DNA of 64,000 bases from Macrostomum lignano (taxonomy: Eukaryota): positions 2,146 through 66,145 of the forward strand of contig NIVC01003989.1 in assembly GCA_002269645.1 (NCBI GenBank). The letters are read 5' to 3'. Below the pieces are notes generated by a model that did not search any database, was not told where the DNA came from, and saw nothing but the letters and a program-made list of their open reading frames with translations. Both the position numbers and the translations under genes were made by a program. Shown in pieces: positions 1 through 12,879 of the stretch (its first letter is position 1; every line of letters starts with the position of its first letter).

Positions 1-149
1 TTACTTAATCACTTAATCAAATTTTTATTTATTTTTTAATCAATTTTTTACTTAATCAAATACTTAACCTAGTTAACAGCACAAATAGTTATAAATAGTC
101 AAAATACAAATAGTCAAATAGTTAACAGCACAGAAATTAAAAAAATGAT

Positions 150-749
150 TCATTCTTCAACGACAGTGCTGCGGCTGCGGCTGCGGCTGCGGCTGCGGCG
201 GCGAGGTAGGTCTCTGCATTCTGCCGCGATGTGGCCGCGCCGCAGGCAGAATCTGCAGAGTCCAACTGTGAAAAGAAAGCGATTAGATTTGTCAATATTA
301 GTTTTGACGTATATTCACTTCACACGAAATGAGTGGTCAAACGAAAACTGATTTAGTCAAAACTACCCCTCTAAACAAACTCGTAATACAATTAACTTAC
401 GTGCGCGCATTTCGTCTCTCACAAATCGAGTTCTCGCCGAGCGCGAGAACAGCTGCAGTTGATGCTGCTGCTGTTGCTGTTGCTGTTGCGATTGTTGTTG
501 TTGCTGTTGTTGTTGTTGCAGTTGTTGTTGCTGCTGTTGTTGTTGCTGCTCCTCTTGCTGTTGCTGCTGTTGCTGCATCGGCCAGGGTGCCGGTGGGAGA
601 ATGGGGGGTGGGTATGGGTTGGGATAGGGCATCCCAGTAGATGGGGGGGGATAAAATACACCAGGAAATGGATAGGGATAGGGATAGGGATAGGGATACG
701 GATAGGGATTGGGATAACTTAGGTAGGGATTACTTAGGTACGGATTCAT
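150..749 (-). CDS. Small spliced Pro/Tyr-rich, poly-Q, CCHC zinc-knuckle, RS-repeat protein (~154 aa; exons 749-401 and 265-150), carried by Helitron C
   Basis: The poly-Q ORF is joined in frame via a phase-1 intron (C|GTAAGT at 400; TTTTCACAG| acceptor at 266) to an exon reading LGLCRFCLRRGHIAAECRDLPRRRSRSRSRSRSTVVEE*, a Cx2Cx4Hx4C knuckle. An acceptor-like TTTTTTCCAG just before the ATG suggests a further upstream exon. Confidence 0.75.
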
Positions 750-940
750 AGTACTGGAAAAAAGACTGGCGTGGGCTTTTAAACTTATTTTTTATTTTGT
801 TCGGGCGTATAGTGAAATTGTTAAGAACAGAGTTGGTTATATATACTATAGTGTACAGTGGCCAAAACCAGATAATGGCTGGCTGATCCACCACCCCAAA
901 TTTGCTGTTTTTTCACCCCCAAATCTCTAGTTATCTCTAG

Positions 941-1496
941 CACTGATTGGCTCACCCTGTCGGCTTTTGATTCCTGAGTTATTTCTAACCAATCACCTAA
1001 CTCCCCAGCCCAGCCTAATAAGCCTATATTTTGTTTTCAGTGGACAATGAGGGTGAGACATCATACTTTAATCACCTCATTATTGATTTTATCTGGAGTC
1101 TCTCTACCTCTGTCGTGAAAATTTAGCTACAAAATGCACTTTTAAGTTTAAGTGTAAGTTTCAGTTTTGTTTTGTAAAAAATAACAAAAGTATTTGTTAT
1201 TATATCTGTTAGTATTTGTTCTTGTAGTCCAAAAAATCAATAACTTTCCGCGGCACGCGTAAACAGCCCAAATAAAGTAATTGCATGAAAAAAGTCTCAG
1301 CGATCCAGTTCGACCCAGCGGAGGGGTTGGCGCTGACTGCAGCCCCCAATCGACCCCAGCCTAAACCAGCGGACCAATCAGAGGCCACCAAAATTATAAA
1401 GGTGGCTAAAATTTACAAACAGGGGTGACTAAAAAATGAATAGAGTGGACGGTAAGAAAAAGGCTATAACAGAAAGTCGAGATGCTGACCAATCAG
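941..1496. promoter_or_regulatory. Putative bidirectional CCAAT-box promoter between knuckle gene 1 and RPA-like gene 1
   Basis: CCAAT/ATTGG boxes at about 945, 989, 1374 and 1489 lie between two divergent genes. The same arrangement recurs at 25.6-26.0 kb. Confidence 0.45.
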
Positions 1497-1666
1497 ACGG
1501 CAGCGAGAAAATATTGAGAGTTGTTTTGGTACGAAGGGGTGGCTGCAGGGCTGCAATATATAATAAAAACAAACTGCAAATGCAGTAAACTTTTCGCCTC
1601 AACTGTTTCAAGTCAAGCATCACTTTTATCTACTTTTAACTTAGATTCTTTAAGTAACGAAGAGAA

Positions 1667-3310
1667 ATGGAATCAAACCCTACGCCAGCCCAGAAGGTCA
1701 AATTCAGCATCTCTGCTCTTCTGCCCGGCTTGATGGATTCACCGGTCGTTGGTCTGATAACGAGACTGACAAAAATCCACGCCTACGAGAACAACAAAGC
1801 TGGATCAGGCCAAGTGTTCTCCTTCACTTTGACTGACGAGACTGCAGACATCAGAGTGAGCGTTTTTGGCAAGGACCTGAAGTCATTGCTGGAAATGTGC
1901 CAAACGGTCGAGACAGTGCGCATTTCTGGAGGCTGGATCAAAAAGGCTGACCCAAGGTACAACACTACGGAAAACGAGTATGAGATGAGCGTCTCAGTTG
2001 ACAAAAGCGGCACCATCATGACTTCAAACGAGACGGTCAACAGGCGTTCCCGGGACTACAGGAGGATATCGGAAATTTCTGCATGCCAAATGAAAACGTA
2101 AATATCTTGCACTTTATGCCTTTATTTTTTTTTATACATTTTCCTCGTGCTTTGCTTTACTTTAGGGTTAGGGTTAGGGTTAAGCTAGGGTTACGGTTAG
2201 AGTTAGGCTGAGGTTAGGGTTAAAAGCTTGACCGATTTTTTAAGATTTCAAGGCTTAATGGGGAGGGGGCATCGATGAGATGTCAAGGGGGGGAATTGAT
2301 ATGCTAAGGCTTGTGGGGGAATTGCTAACATGCCAAGGCTTACAAGGGACTGCTGAGGTATTGCAAAGAGACGCTACATGTAGTTTATTAAAAAACTTGT
2401 AATGCATTTTTTGGCTGCCCAACGGGGGGCGCTGATTGCTAGTCATTCAGCTAAATTTGCCCTACTCAAAAACTTTCACCGTACGACAGGAAAGTTGACG
2501 TTCGTGGCATCATTTCTGCAGTTGAGAAGCCAAAGGAAGTAAAAACTGGTGCCGGAAAGCTCGTCGATTTAGCAAAAGTTACCATCGTTGATCGGTCCGG
2601 GTCCTCTGTGTCCTGCACTTTTTGGGCCAGTTCTTCTGCGCAGGTGAATAATTGGTCTATCGGCGACATTCTCGCGATTCATGGCTCTCAAGTCCAAGAG
2701 TACGCCCAGATGATAAGCCTCGGCTGTTCGCAAGCAGAAGTGCATCACTGGCCAGAAAATTCGCAAGAGTTCTCCGACCTAACCGAGTGGTACAACGGCG
2801 CCACAGCTAGCCAGCAGCATTTCGAGGCTGTGCGAGCGACACAGATTCCACCACCTGAGCAGCAAGCATCACATGATGAAGAAATGACATTACACTACCC
2901 GAACGAATGTTTCACCAGTTTAACAACATGCGAAGAATAAGACTGCGTTTCGGAAGCAAAGAGGTTAGTTTATTTCGAAAATGTTTGTTCACTTTAGTTT
3001 AATCAAAGGCAGTTATTATTGTATACTTCTTATGAGTGTTCACTTCAATTTAATCAAAGACAGTTATAATTATATACTTTTCAAACCGAATCCCACTTCA
3101 CAGGTAACATTTTCACGAGATTCGAACAGCTGGAATCAGCAGATGCCCACAGGCTCTACACCTAGGCCTCTGTACACGAGTGACATGTCTCAGCAGAACA
3201 GCTGGAATCAGCAGGTACCCACAGGCTCTACACCTAGAACTCCGTACACTGGTGACTCGAGCACTCGAAATCAAGAATTTTTGACATCACCAGCAGAAGA
3301 TGAAGACTAA
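1667..3310 (+). CDS. RPA70-like ssDNA-binding protein, two OB folds (~370 aa; exons 1667-2097, 2490-2963, 3104-3310), with one -1 frameshift at 2898-2900
   Basis: GQVFSFTLTDETADIRVSVFG...KKADPRYNTTENEYEM resembles RPA70 DBD-A. KVDVRGII...VDRSGSSVSCTFW...LAIHG resembles DBD-B. Splice sites are canonical and phase-compatible. TACCC-GAA lacks one C relative to the paralog (YPERMF). Confidence 0.85.
2162..2221 (+). repeat. Degenerate (TTAGGG)n telomere-like tract in RPA-like intron 1
   Basis: About 10 imperfect TTAGGG units, read directly. Confidence 0.8.
2245..2442 (+). mobile_element. 3' fragment of a non-autonomous Helitron (element G family) inside RPA-like intron 1
   Basis: Contains the GAGATGTCAAGG...GGGGAATTG repeat of 50.9-51.7 kb and ends in a GCCCAACGGGGGGC hairpin plus CTAG|T at 2439-2443. 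No 5' end recognised. Confidence 0.6.
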
Positions 3311-3317
3311 TTTTTTC

Positions 3318-3512
3318 TTTTTGAATTTCTTCAAACTGAATTCGAACAGATATCAATCAGAAAATTTTTTCCTCAACCTCTATTTCTGTGCTGTTGTCTT
3401 TTAACTTTCGCAAATTTTGAATTTCTTCAAACTGAATTCGAACAGATATCAATCAGAACATTTTTTCCTCAACCTCTATTTCTGTGCTGTTGTCTTTTAA
3501 CTTTCGCAAATT
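3318..3512. repeat. Two-copy tandem duplication of ~97 bp downstream of RPA-like gene 1
   Basis: TTTGAATTTCTTCAAACTGAATTCGAACAG...CTTTCGCAAAT occurs twice in tandem. Confidence 0.85.
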
Positions 3513-4469
3513 TATGCCTCAAAATGCAACTAAAGATATATTTAAGATCTAAAAATCCATTTTAAATTTGTAACTGTAGAAGGGCTTGAATAATATCACC
3601 TTTTTTACTTACAGTAGTAATAAGTAATAATCACGCAAAATTCGCTAGCAGTTTGACAAGTTTGAATATTTTTATTTGCATCAATTTGCGACGGAGCCTA
3701 CGTCTTAAATTCGATAAATAAAAATGATTTCCGGGAAAACTTTTACCCAAGGCGTAGGCTCTGAATATTTGTCTTTGTCTTTATTTTTCAACTGTTGTTA
3801 AACAGTCGGACAAAGGTTTATAGTAGAAGAAGATAATTTTTAAGATACAGGCTTTAACAGTATAATATTTAGATAATAAAATAATAAGTAATACTAAAAA
3901 GAGCAAGTTTTAAATTTCGAATGCAATACGATGCATTGAAACTTCTTATTAATTCAAAAAGATAAATGAACGAGTAAGAACCGCTGAGCGTAGGGGAAAA
4001 GAATAAAACGAAAGTTAGTGTTGTTTAGTAATAAACGAGTACAGTAATTTATTGATTTACCAATTTAATAGTTAAACAATATTCAAGCAGCCACTATAAT
4101 ATTGTAATATTATGCAAATCATGTAACAGTAAAGCTCACTTTCTCAAGGAAATTTTCCGTTCGTCTCTCCTTCTCGCTCAGATTTTTAGTTTGGCTCTCT
4201 TTCGTTTGCACTTTTGCTTTTTCTTGGTTCTCCCTATTGTTATCGTTTCTCAGCCAGTTCAAGAACTCTTTCTCAGCTTTGCAATCATCATTTACTCTGC
4301 TTTCGCTGTGAATCCAGGGCGTCGCCAACAGAGGGGTCATCTTTCCCTAGTAAAAGCTATACGGCCTCACCACCCAACCATGTGACCCAATATTGAAATC
4401 AATAGTATTCCTTCGGCGAAAAATATAGTGCCTGCAATTCTGCCGCATTAATAATGAAAACTAAGTACG

Positions 4470-5120
4470 TGTGGGACCAAAATGAGTTTCTGCGGCGCTA
4501 CAAGTAGTGCCTGCGCTTAAACGAGTGCCTGCGGCGCTAAAATGAGTGCCAGCGCCTAAATGAGTGCCTGCGGCGCTAAAATGAGTGCCTGCGGCGCCTA
4601 AATGAGTGCCTGCGGCGCTAAAATGAGTGCCTGCGGCGCCTAAATGAGTGCCTGCGGCGCTAAAATGAGTGCCTGCGGCGCTAAAATGAGTGCCAGCGCC
4701 AAAATGAGTGCCTGCGGCGCTAAAATGAGTGCCTGCGGCGCTAAAATGAGTGCCTGCGGCGCTAAAATGAGTGCCTGCGGCGCTAAAATGAGTGCCAGCG
4801 CCAAAATGAGTGCCTGCGGCGCCTAAATGAGTGCCTGCGGGGCTAAAATGAGTGCCTGCGGTGCAAAAATGAGTGTCTGAGGCGCCAAAATAAGTGTCTG
4901 CGGTGCCAACATGAGTTTCTGTGGTGCCAAAATGAGTGTCTGAGGCGCCAAAATAAGTGTCTGCGGTGCCAACATGAGTTTCTGTGGTGCCAAAATGAGT
5001 GTCCGCCTGCGGTGCCAAAATAAGTGTCTGCCTGCGGCGCCAAAACGAGTGTCTGCGGTGCCAAAATGAGTTTCTGTGGTACCAAAATGAGTGTCTGCCG
5101 GCGACGCCAAAATAAGCGCC
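4470..5120. repeat. GC-rich minisatellite, 18-21 bp unit (AAAATGAGTGCCTGCGGCGCT)
   Basis: Direct tandem repeat with about 30 variant units. The xGTHF-repeat ORFs are its by-product. Confidence 0.9.
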
Positions 5121-6119
5121 TTAAATGAATCCTTTGACCTTTCTGAAGTTTGCAATTTTCATTTTCTGCAATTTTGCATTACTCCTTGACTCAGCTTTTG
5201 CAAAAATATTTTCTCAGCAATACTCCCATCTAACTCTAATTTTAAGTTAGATCTCTCGATCTCATATTTTTATTGGTCTCTTTCTTTCGCGCTAAAATTT
5301 TCTGTTCGGCTCTATTTCCTTAGCCTTTGCGCTTTGCCTCAGTCTATTCGTATTTATTGTTTCGCCAAAGATTAAGAAATGAAGTAAGACAAAAGCTTCA
5401 TTCAGGGCCTTCGCCTTAGTTAAAATTGACATCTTGCGAGTTTCGTATATTATTCAACTTTCAATATATGGAAGACGAAGGCCCCGTCGCAAGTTGATGC
5501 AAATCGTTTTTTATGAGCTTACAGTCCACAGTTGTTACAGGTGACTTGAGATATTTTGGATTTTTGAAAAAAGACTGTCAATCGTAGTTTGCGTAAAAAT
5601 TCACTCTAAATGTTAAGTTTTTGCACACCTTGGAAAACTAAAAACAAAATTGTTTCGTCTTTTGCATAAATTTGCGATATAAAATAGGTAAAGTTAGTAT
5701 TCGAATTATAATGAAATTTCAGGTGAAAAATAAAAGACAAATTAACTGCTCATCAAAGACTTAATTCATTCAAAGCAGTGCAAAAGAAGGTTTGTTTCAA
5801 AAGTTACTTTCGGCTAATATGAAATTGCCTTAAAATACAAATTAACTGTAAAATGACTGTAAAAATTAATACAATGAATAAAATAAGCCTAATTGAGCTT
5901 CAACATTAAGTTCATCAGCTATTAGCTCGTACTCACTGCCATTGCAATATCTACGCTTCGTTAGAAATGAGGTTGGGGCAATAAGTTTCCTGCGATTCTT
6001 TTAGGAATGAGAGCTACCACTTTAGAGATATGGGGAAATAATTATTCTATTTTTCCTTAAAAATAAATGAATATACTTTCTAGCCTTTTGCATAAGGAAA
6101 ATTATTGCTCACCCCATTT

Positions 6120-9100
6120 TCAGTCTCGCAAGCACCGGTCGACGGCCTCCAAATCCTTCCGGTTTGTCATAGAAATCTCGTCCCAGACAATTAGATGCAC
6201 TGTCCGAAATACAGCGGCCTGTTTGGACTGCGCTCCAACAGCGCACACGTCTTTGCTCGAACGGATCGCCCGAATTGGTATCTTGAACCTGGCATAGACA
6301 AATAGTTTCAGCATGCCGAACATATTTACAGCACACGAAATATTTACAACTGCTTTTTGAAATATTAACAATAAATTACTCACGTTGAATGCGCCGTCTG
6401 TCCACCTGGCAAAAGAGTCGCTGCGATTCCAGAAGCCGCAACGGCGAGGGCGACTTCACCCCGGCTGCGCACGAAGGCTAGCAGAACCTCTAGCAGGAAG
6501 GTCTTGCCAGTGCCAGCAGGTGCGTCCAGGAAGTGCAAGCCGCTGGTGCCGTCCACAAGATTCTGAGTCACGGACTCGTACACCGCTTTCTGCTCATCTG
6601 TCAGCATTGGTAAGCGCGCCTCAGTAATCAGTGCCTGCTCAACCGTATCAAACTGCATTGGTCCATCTTGAGGTGTCACGGAGGCCGCAGGCAGGCCGTA
6701 CTCTGGCAGGCTTCTCCCGCCCATGGAGATCAGCATGCTCTGAAGCTCACGCAGCGCCAGGTCAGTAATCTCCTCGGTGCTCAAGTCTCGGTGGTGAAAC
6801 CGCAGGTCCTCGCTGAGATCCTCGGCAAAACTGCACCAGAGGTCGCTGCCATCCTCAGGCTCACCCCATATGAGAATTACGGCCAGAAGATGTCTCAGGG
6901 CTCTTGGCATTCTTGACTGAACGGCCTCAGCTAGACACCGCCGCCAGTGATCATCTCGCTGCAGCAGGCCAAGGGCCATGCAAGCAGCCTTGGCGCTCGG
7001 ATGCACAACGCCGTCCACGGTCTGCAGCGCCTCGAAGCTAGTCGGTCCCCTAACATTCAAAAGGAGCATTCGAACATAAAATAAATCACCTGCTCTTGGA
7101 CTCACCGTGTACATGCGTGCAACGTTTTTGTTCCGCACTACACCCGGATGGCCATCGACTCGCACACCCTGCTTGGCCCGCCGCCACTCTCTTTCGCTGG
7201 AGTGCCACACGAAGTAGGACGGCACCTCCGTGTAGAGCAAGGACCCAGCAAATTCGTCAATACGGCACAGCTTGAAAAATGCCGTCAAAGTCGAATCCTT
7301 CGGCGTTCTCGCTTTTGCTCTTGCGGTCCCCTCGTTGAAATACACGAGCTGCTCTTCCGACTTGTGAACGCAGAGTCGGATGACCGCCGGAAACCTGTTG
7401 TGCACCTGATCAGAAAGTGAAAGGAAAATATACAGCCTTTAAGTTTCGATGGAAATTCAATTTATACTATGACGAGGTTTCACAGCTCTGGTTAAAATGA
7501 GCCAATAATAATTAGAATGCGAATTACTTCAAAGCCCAAGATGGTATTCACGGCTTCCATTGGACCAATGTAGCGCGCGGACAGGTACTCCTTAATCTCA
7601 TCACGCCGCGGCTCATTTCGTGTCGTTTGCGTCGGCTGCTGGTTACCCACTGCCTGCTCTCTCGGTTCAGTAGAATTCCTATTGGCATCGACTTTGAACG
7701 TCGCCATGTCGCCACCCTTTAACAGGTACTTGATCACGTACTTGACCGACTTCACAGTGGCGCAAACTTCGACGTTCAAGTGGCACGCAAACTGGAGCAA
7801 CAGGTCAGGGCTGTACGGAACGACCCACCTGTTTTAATGAAAAAATAATATCATTAACTTTCAGAAACAAAAGCTGCAATGCACAACTAAGCAATATATT
7901 AGCGTTTGAACTTCCCTGTTGTCCATGCGAATGCTCCGGCCTTTGAACAGTTTGTCCACTGTAAATCCGCCCATCTCAGGCGATAGTCTGCGGTACAGTG
8001 GGTAGCCAGTATCGCTGGTCAGCGTCACCTGCTGGAACTCTTTCGGAAAGCCCTTGCTGCATTCGCCATTCTCCATGCAAGGACACGCCGGATTCTCCTT
8101 GCCGCAGGGGCCATGGATCATGTGCGTCTTCACCAGCTCATACAGCACAGGCTGCTGCTCTGGGTCCGGAATCTCGGCAGACACGATGTCATCGTATCGG
8201 TCCGGAGTCACTCGCTGACCGCTCACGAGCCACAGCAGAAAGTGCACATGAGGAAGACCTGGAGCGTCAAAAAAAGTATTAAAAAATATCACAAAACCTT
8301 TGTAAATCTAAATTTCAATAAATCTTAAAACTTTGATTCTTGCAAGTCAGAATTTTTACTCACCACGCTTCTGGTACTCCAGTGAGCAAACGTGAGCGGC
8401 CTCTTTCCCATAGCGCTTGGTCAACTGGGCCAGCAGAGCTTTCTTCTTCATTTCAAAGACTCGGCTAACAATGTCGGGCCGGTCTTCTGCCCGCTGTCCA
8501 GGCAGAAGCTGAGCGCTGATCTCCGGCCATTTCGGATTGCACGTTGCGGTGACAAACAGGTCCGGCTTACCGAACTTGTGAACATAGGTCATAGCGTCCT
8601 GTAGCCTCTCCATCAGGTACCTTGGCCCGCCAACGAAGCTCGAAGACAGAAGCACATGCGCGGGCTTGCCTATGTCACTCGGATCTCTGTCGGTAGACCT
8701 GCCATCAGCTGCAAACAGAGCGTCCCGCAGACCGCTGTACGTCTCGCTGCGCAGGTCCTGCTGATGGGTCCGCAAATACAGCAGCCTCTCTGCCTCAATC
8801 TTGGCACACATGTCCACCAAGTACTGCTGAAATAATCTTCGGCCATAGTGCAGCACACTGAACTGGCCCGCTCGCACCATGATTTCGCTCGCATAGTATT
8901 TCATGGGCGTCAATTTCTTGCCATTACTCATCAGCAACTCCGGGTGCCAGCCATCTTCGCCATTCGGGAACAGCAGCACATACTCCAGCGGGTCGTATGA
9001 GCGGTGCGTCTCGCTGATTCTCTGGGAACCGCCTCCACGCAGTTGAATCACCACGTCCCGACTGGCCGGTGTGTTCTCATTGTCCTCCACAATCAGGATA

Positions 9101-11185
9101 CCGACCTCGTTCGCCGTAGGCAAGTTGTAGCGCCTTATTTTGAACGGAGTTTGTGGGATACTGAGTTTGTACAAATTGGATAATTTATTACGCAAAATAT
9201 CTTATTAGAATGTCTTGCAGACATACCGAATGTGTTCCCCAGATGGTCGACGGTCAGGGTGAATCACGATTCGCGCATCTCCCAACTCCGGATCTTGACT
9301 GATTCGATGAGCGACTGCCCTCAGGCTGCGGACATAGCCGTTGCACTCGTGAAGCAGCGTCTGCAATAGCTCCAGTAGCTCCGGCTTCACCTTCTGGCTG
9401 AGACTCTGGCGGCTTTCAAGTTCGCGATCATTGAAATACACCTGCCAGCCATGGGGCTCAGCTGAATCCTCTGCAAACAGCGGCGCCGTGTTGTGATGCA
9501 ACTGGCCGCTGATGATGAAGCTGGGACACCAGCCTGGCACCAACCGCAGTTTGGCACCCAGCGATGTCAGGTGCAGCGCCGAGTTGTAACTCCGAATGTT
9601 GGTCAGGAACTCGGCACTCAGTCTGTGCCGCCCCAGGTACAGATCCGCCAGCACTTGAGGCACGGTGCGGCTGGGCAGCTTTACCTTGCCTTTGGCGCAG
9701 CAGAAATTCCTCGTCTCAGAGCACCAAAGTAATGCACCGCATTGGTCGCATGCTCTGTCCATTGGGCCACAGTTATGGGCTGGCGCTTCAGGCCTGATAA
9801 TCCGTTCTGGCCTGTGATTGGAAGGATTAGGATTAGGAAGGATTAATGGCAAACAGTTTTCCCAGTTAATCTTTCAGTTTACAAAAAAATTTATTGGAAT
9901 AAAACAACTTGAGTTCGATGACAAATAAATTATGATGACCAGTCACACCAATGACCTACCTCTCTTGAGCAGGTCTTGCGCCAAAATGACCTGCACTCTG
10001 CTGAGTTAATCTTGGCTCCTCTGCATCTACAATGGGCTCAGAAACTGGAATCGGATTAGCAAATCGCAATGACTCATAATGCTCATGACGCAAAAGAATT
10101 CGGACGATTGCAATCGGTGGCTGCAAAGGGGACATACAGTACTGCAGTACAGTGCCGTTTCTTGATAAATCACCAGATCAACATTAAAACAACGGCTTAA
10201 AAGCGGAACAACTTCATCAGGCACATATGTGCCTTCAGAAAAAGAGGAATCAACAATGAAATCAGCATTTTCTGGCAAAACAAAGCCTTGTTCAATCAAT
10301 TCTGGCATAATCTGCACTACACGGCTCGTCAGCTCGTGTCTTAAAGATGCCGCATCGGTCTCAAGTGGAGTGCCCTGCAACTGATCACAGACTGCATGAA
10401 AAAAACAGTTCCCATCACCAGGAATGCGAATTATGCGCAACGCATCAAAAGGTACCACAGACGGTGTGGCCAACTCACTACTATCAAACCTGGAATATAG
10501 GAAAAAAATTATACACAACTTCATTTGCCGGTAATTAAAGTAGTGACGAATAAATTTTATGCTACTCTATACTGATCTCTTAAATAAAACTCTTGGAAAG
10601 CAATCGACTTGAAAAGATGAGAAAAAATGCACGAAACAGATTCCAGTTTTTAATTATATGCCCAAGTACCAAAAAAACATCAGCTAAGATAGAAAATACC
10701 CCGAATTAGGCACAATGGGCACTTGGATTTTATATAGCTATAAAATATATAGCTCCAATTAAAATGTCATCCTACCTGCCAGCCGACACTCCTCGACGGC
10801 GAATTTGCTCGGCTTCCACTCGAGCTCTTCGTTGCTCTTCGGTTTCTGAAGCGCGTCGCTTCTCCGCACGAGTTCTGTCTCCAGATCTACGCTCTTCTCG
10901 CTGAGCCTCAGTTTCAGTTGCCCTTCGCTCAGCCTCCTGCTGCCGGTGTCCAGCCAGACGCTCTTCCCGCTTAGCCTCAGTTTCAGTTGCCCTTCGCTCA
11001 GCATTCTCCTGCCGGAGTCTTGTCAGACGCTCTTCTCGCTGAGACTCAGTTTCAGTTGCCCTTCGCTCAGCCTCCTGCTGCCGGTGTCCAGCCAGACGCT
11101 CTTCTCGCTGAACGGCACTCTCTTGCTGACGCTTCTTCTTGGCATCTCTGCTCTTCTTCAAAGCGCTGGTGCCACGTCGAGTCAT
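6120..11185 (-). pseudogene. Helitron RepHel copy 1 (STPR-OTU-ZnF-HUH Rep-PIF1 helicase), defective; exons 11185-10776, 10489-9960, 9811-9227, 9133-8364, 8258-7916, 7828-7528, 7405-6384, 6288-6120
   Basis: Motifs: FVTATCNP, EYQKRG|LPHVH, KYVIKYLLKG, DAPAGTGKT, IVWDEISM, GDGNCFF. Lesions: a -1 in the OTU exon (~10167), the intron-5 donor reads GG instead of GT (7915-7914), and a TGA after CLRD at 6120 with helicase motifs III-VI absent. Confidence 0.92.
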
Positions 11186-12589
11186 TTTGCAATTTGTATT
11201 TAAAAATAATAATTCAGAGTGATAATGAAAAGTAAAAATTATTAAGGCAATTTGCACGAGAAAAGAGAAAGATTGAGAACTACATGCATTGACACGCTTT
11301 TTAAACTCAGCGAACCACACCACCCCAAAAAGCTAGACCACCCTCTTGTACGAGTACACTGTTAAATATGTACATTGTGTACATTGTGTACACTAAGCCT
11401 AAGTTCTCTCCCCAACACCCTATGCTAATTGGTCAAGACTTTTTTAGCCTAGCCTAGTTTAATTAATTTAAATATCTGTTTCAGAAAAGGCTCAGTCCAT
11501 TTGTGTAGCAATGTTGCATTCTGATTTGAATCGATATAAGAAATATATTATTTCTCTCTGTTTTGGGGGTTTGCGGGTGAATAATTTAGAATTTGGTTTG
11601 TTATCCTTTTACGCTCGTATTATTGTCAGTGTCAGTGTGCAGTGTACAGTGTTAGTGTATGTTATTATGGATGCCTTTACTTAGAAGCGATTCTAGCCAA
11701 GGTGAATTATAATTTATTGGGTGCATAGGTGGCGCATTCAATATTCACTTTCACTGGGTTAAAGTAGAAGTCACATGAAGCAGTTACGAAATTATTAATT
11801 TCTCAGTTTGCAAAAGCATGTTTTTCGAATATTTAATCCCTTTAGCATTGATACATGTACCGTAAGAGGAAATTTCTGATCGAATGGGCTATCTCTTGTC
11901 AATTACACTGTGGCTCTTATAATTCAATTCTTTCACCATGTCAGTTAGAGTAAAATTTATGACATAATCAATTTCTCAGTCAGCAAGCATCAATTTCAAT
12001 TTCAATTTAAGTTAGCATTATGGTTACACAATTTCAATCGACTCTGATGCTATGCTTCCATATTGTTTTTTTAACACTGCGAGCCCAGTACACGGACAAT
12101 AAATAAATACAATATGGTTATGCAATCTCAATCAAGTCTTGTGTGCTTTTCTTCGACACTGTTTTCAACTTGTTGTGATGCAATCTTTATCACAATCGGA
12201 ATTCAGCCAGTCAGTTTTTTCTCTAGCATTCTTACAATGCATTTCAGGTCGAAAGTTCTGCTTGACCTTTGCAAAAAAGCATGTTTTTCGAATATTTAAT
12301 GCTTTAACATTGAGCAATTTCTTAGCCAGGATGCATGTACCGTCCCAGGAAAATTTCTGATCGAATGGTGCAAGTTTGAAGAAAATCGGTTGAGCCGTTT
12401 TTTCTGGAATCTATCTCACACATACACACAGACATTTCATTTTTAGTATATAGGACTAGCAATCTTTGCCCCCCGATGGGGGACATCTGGATAGAACTTC
12501 TGTTCTCTACAAGTAAAAAAAACCGCCAAATAGAGTCTTCACAAAGACAACAGAACAACTGCTCAAATGAAGCGCAATTCAAAAAGAAA

Positions 12590-12830
12590 ACATCCCAAGA
12601 CAGCAAGCATCCCCCCTCCTCCCAGATAGCAAGCACCCCCAGATAGCAAGCACCCCCAGATAGCAAGCACCCCCAGATAGCAAGCACCCCCAGATAGCAA
12701 GCACTCCCAGATAGCAAGCACCCCCAGATAGCAAGCACCCCCAGATAGCAAGCATCACTCAGATAGCAAGCACCCCAGATAGAAAGAACCCCCAGATAGC
12801 AAGTATCTATCCTTAAATAGCAAGCATCCA
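12590..12830. repeat. 16-17 bp minisatellite (CCCCAGATAGCAAGCA) near the 3' end of Helitron B
   Basis: Direct tandem repeat; the same unit is expanded at 37.1-37.9 kb. Confidence 0.9.
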
Positions 12831-12879
12831 CCAGACAAAAAGTATATAGTGCAACATTTCCTTTTAGCTTTCTAGGGGC

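Larger units (their letters stand above)
1..12455 (-). mobile_element. Helitron C (autonomous-type, defective); 5' end at 12455, 3' end not seen and probably outside the window
   Basis: 5' terminus TCCTATATACTAAAAATGAAATGTCTGTGTGTATG...GGCTCAACCGATTTT, shared with the other elements. Contains RepHel 1; RPA-like 1 and knuckle gene 1 are inferred to lie inside it. Confidence 0.7.

Noticed and set aside
4119-4396. Short ORFs between RPA-like 1 and the minisatellite
   Set aside because: No motif, no homolog elsewhere in the window and no clear splice context.
4461-5155. AGTHF/GTHF repeat protein
   Set aside because: Translation of a minisatellite. Several frames and both strands are open, and there is no splice or promoter support.
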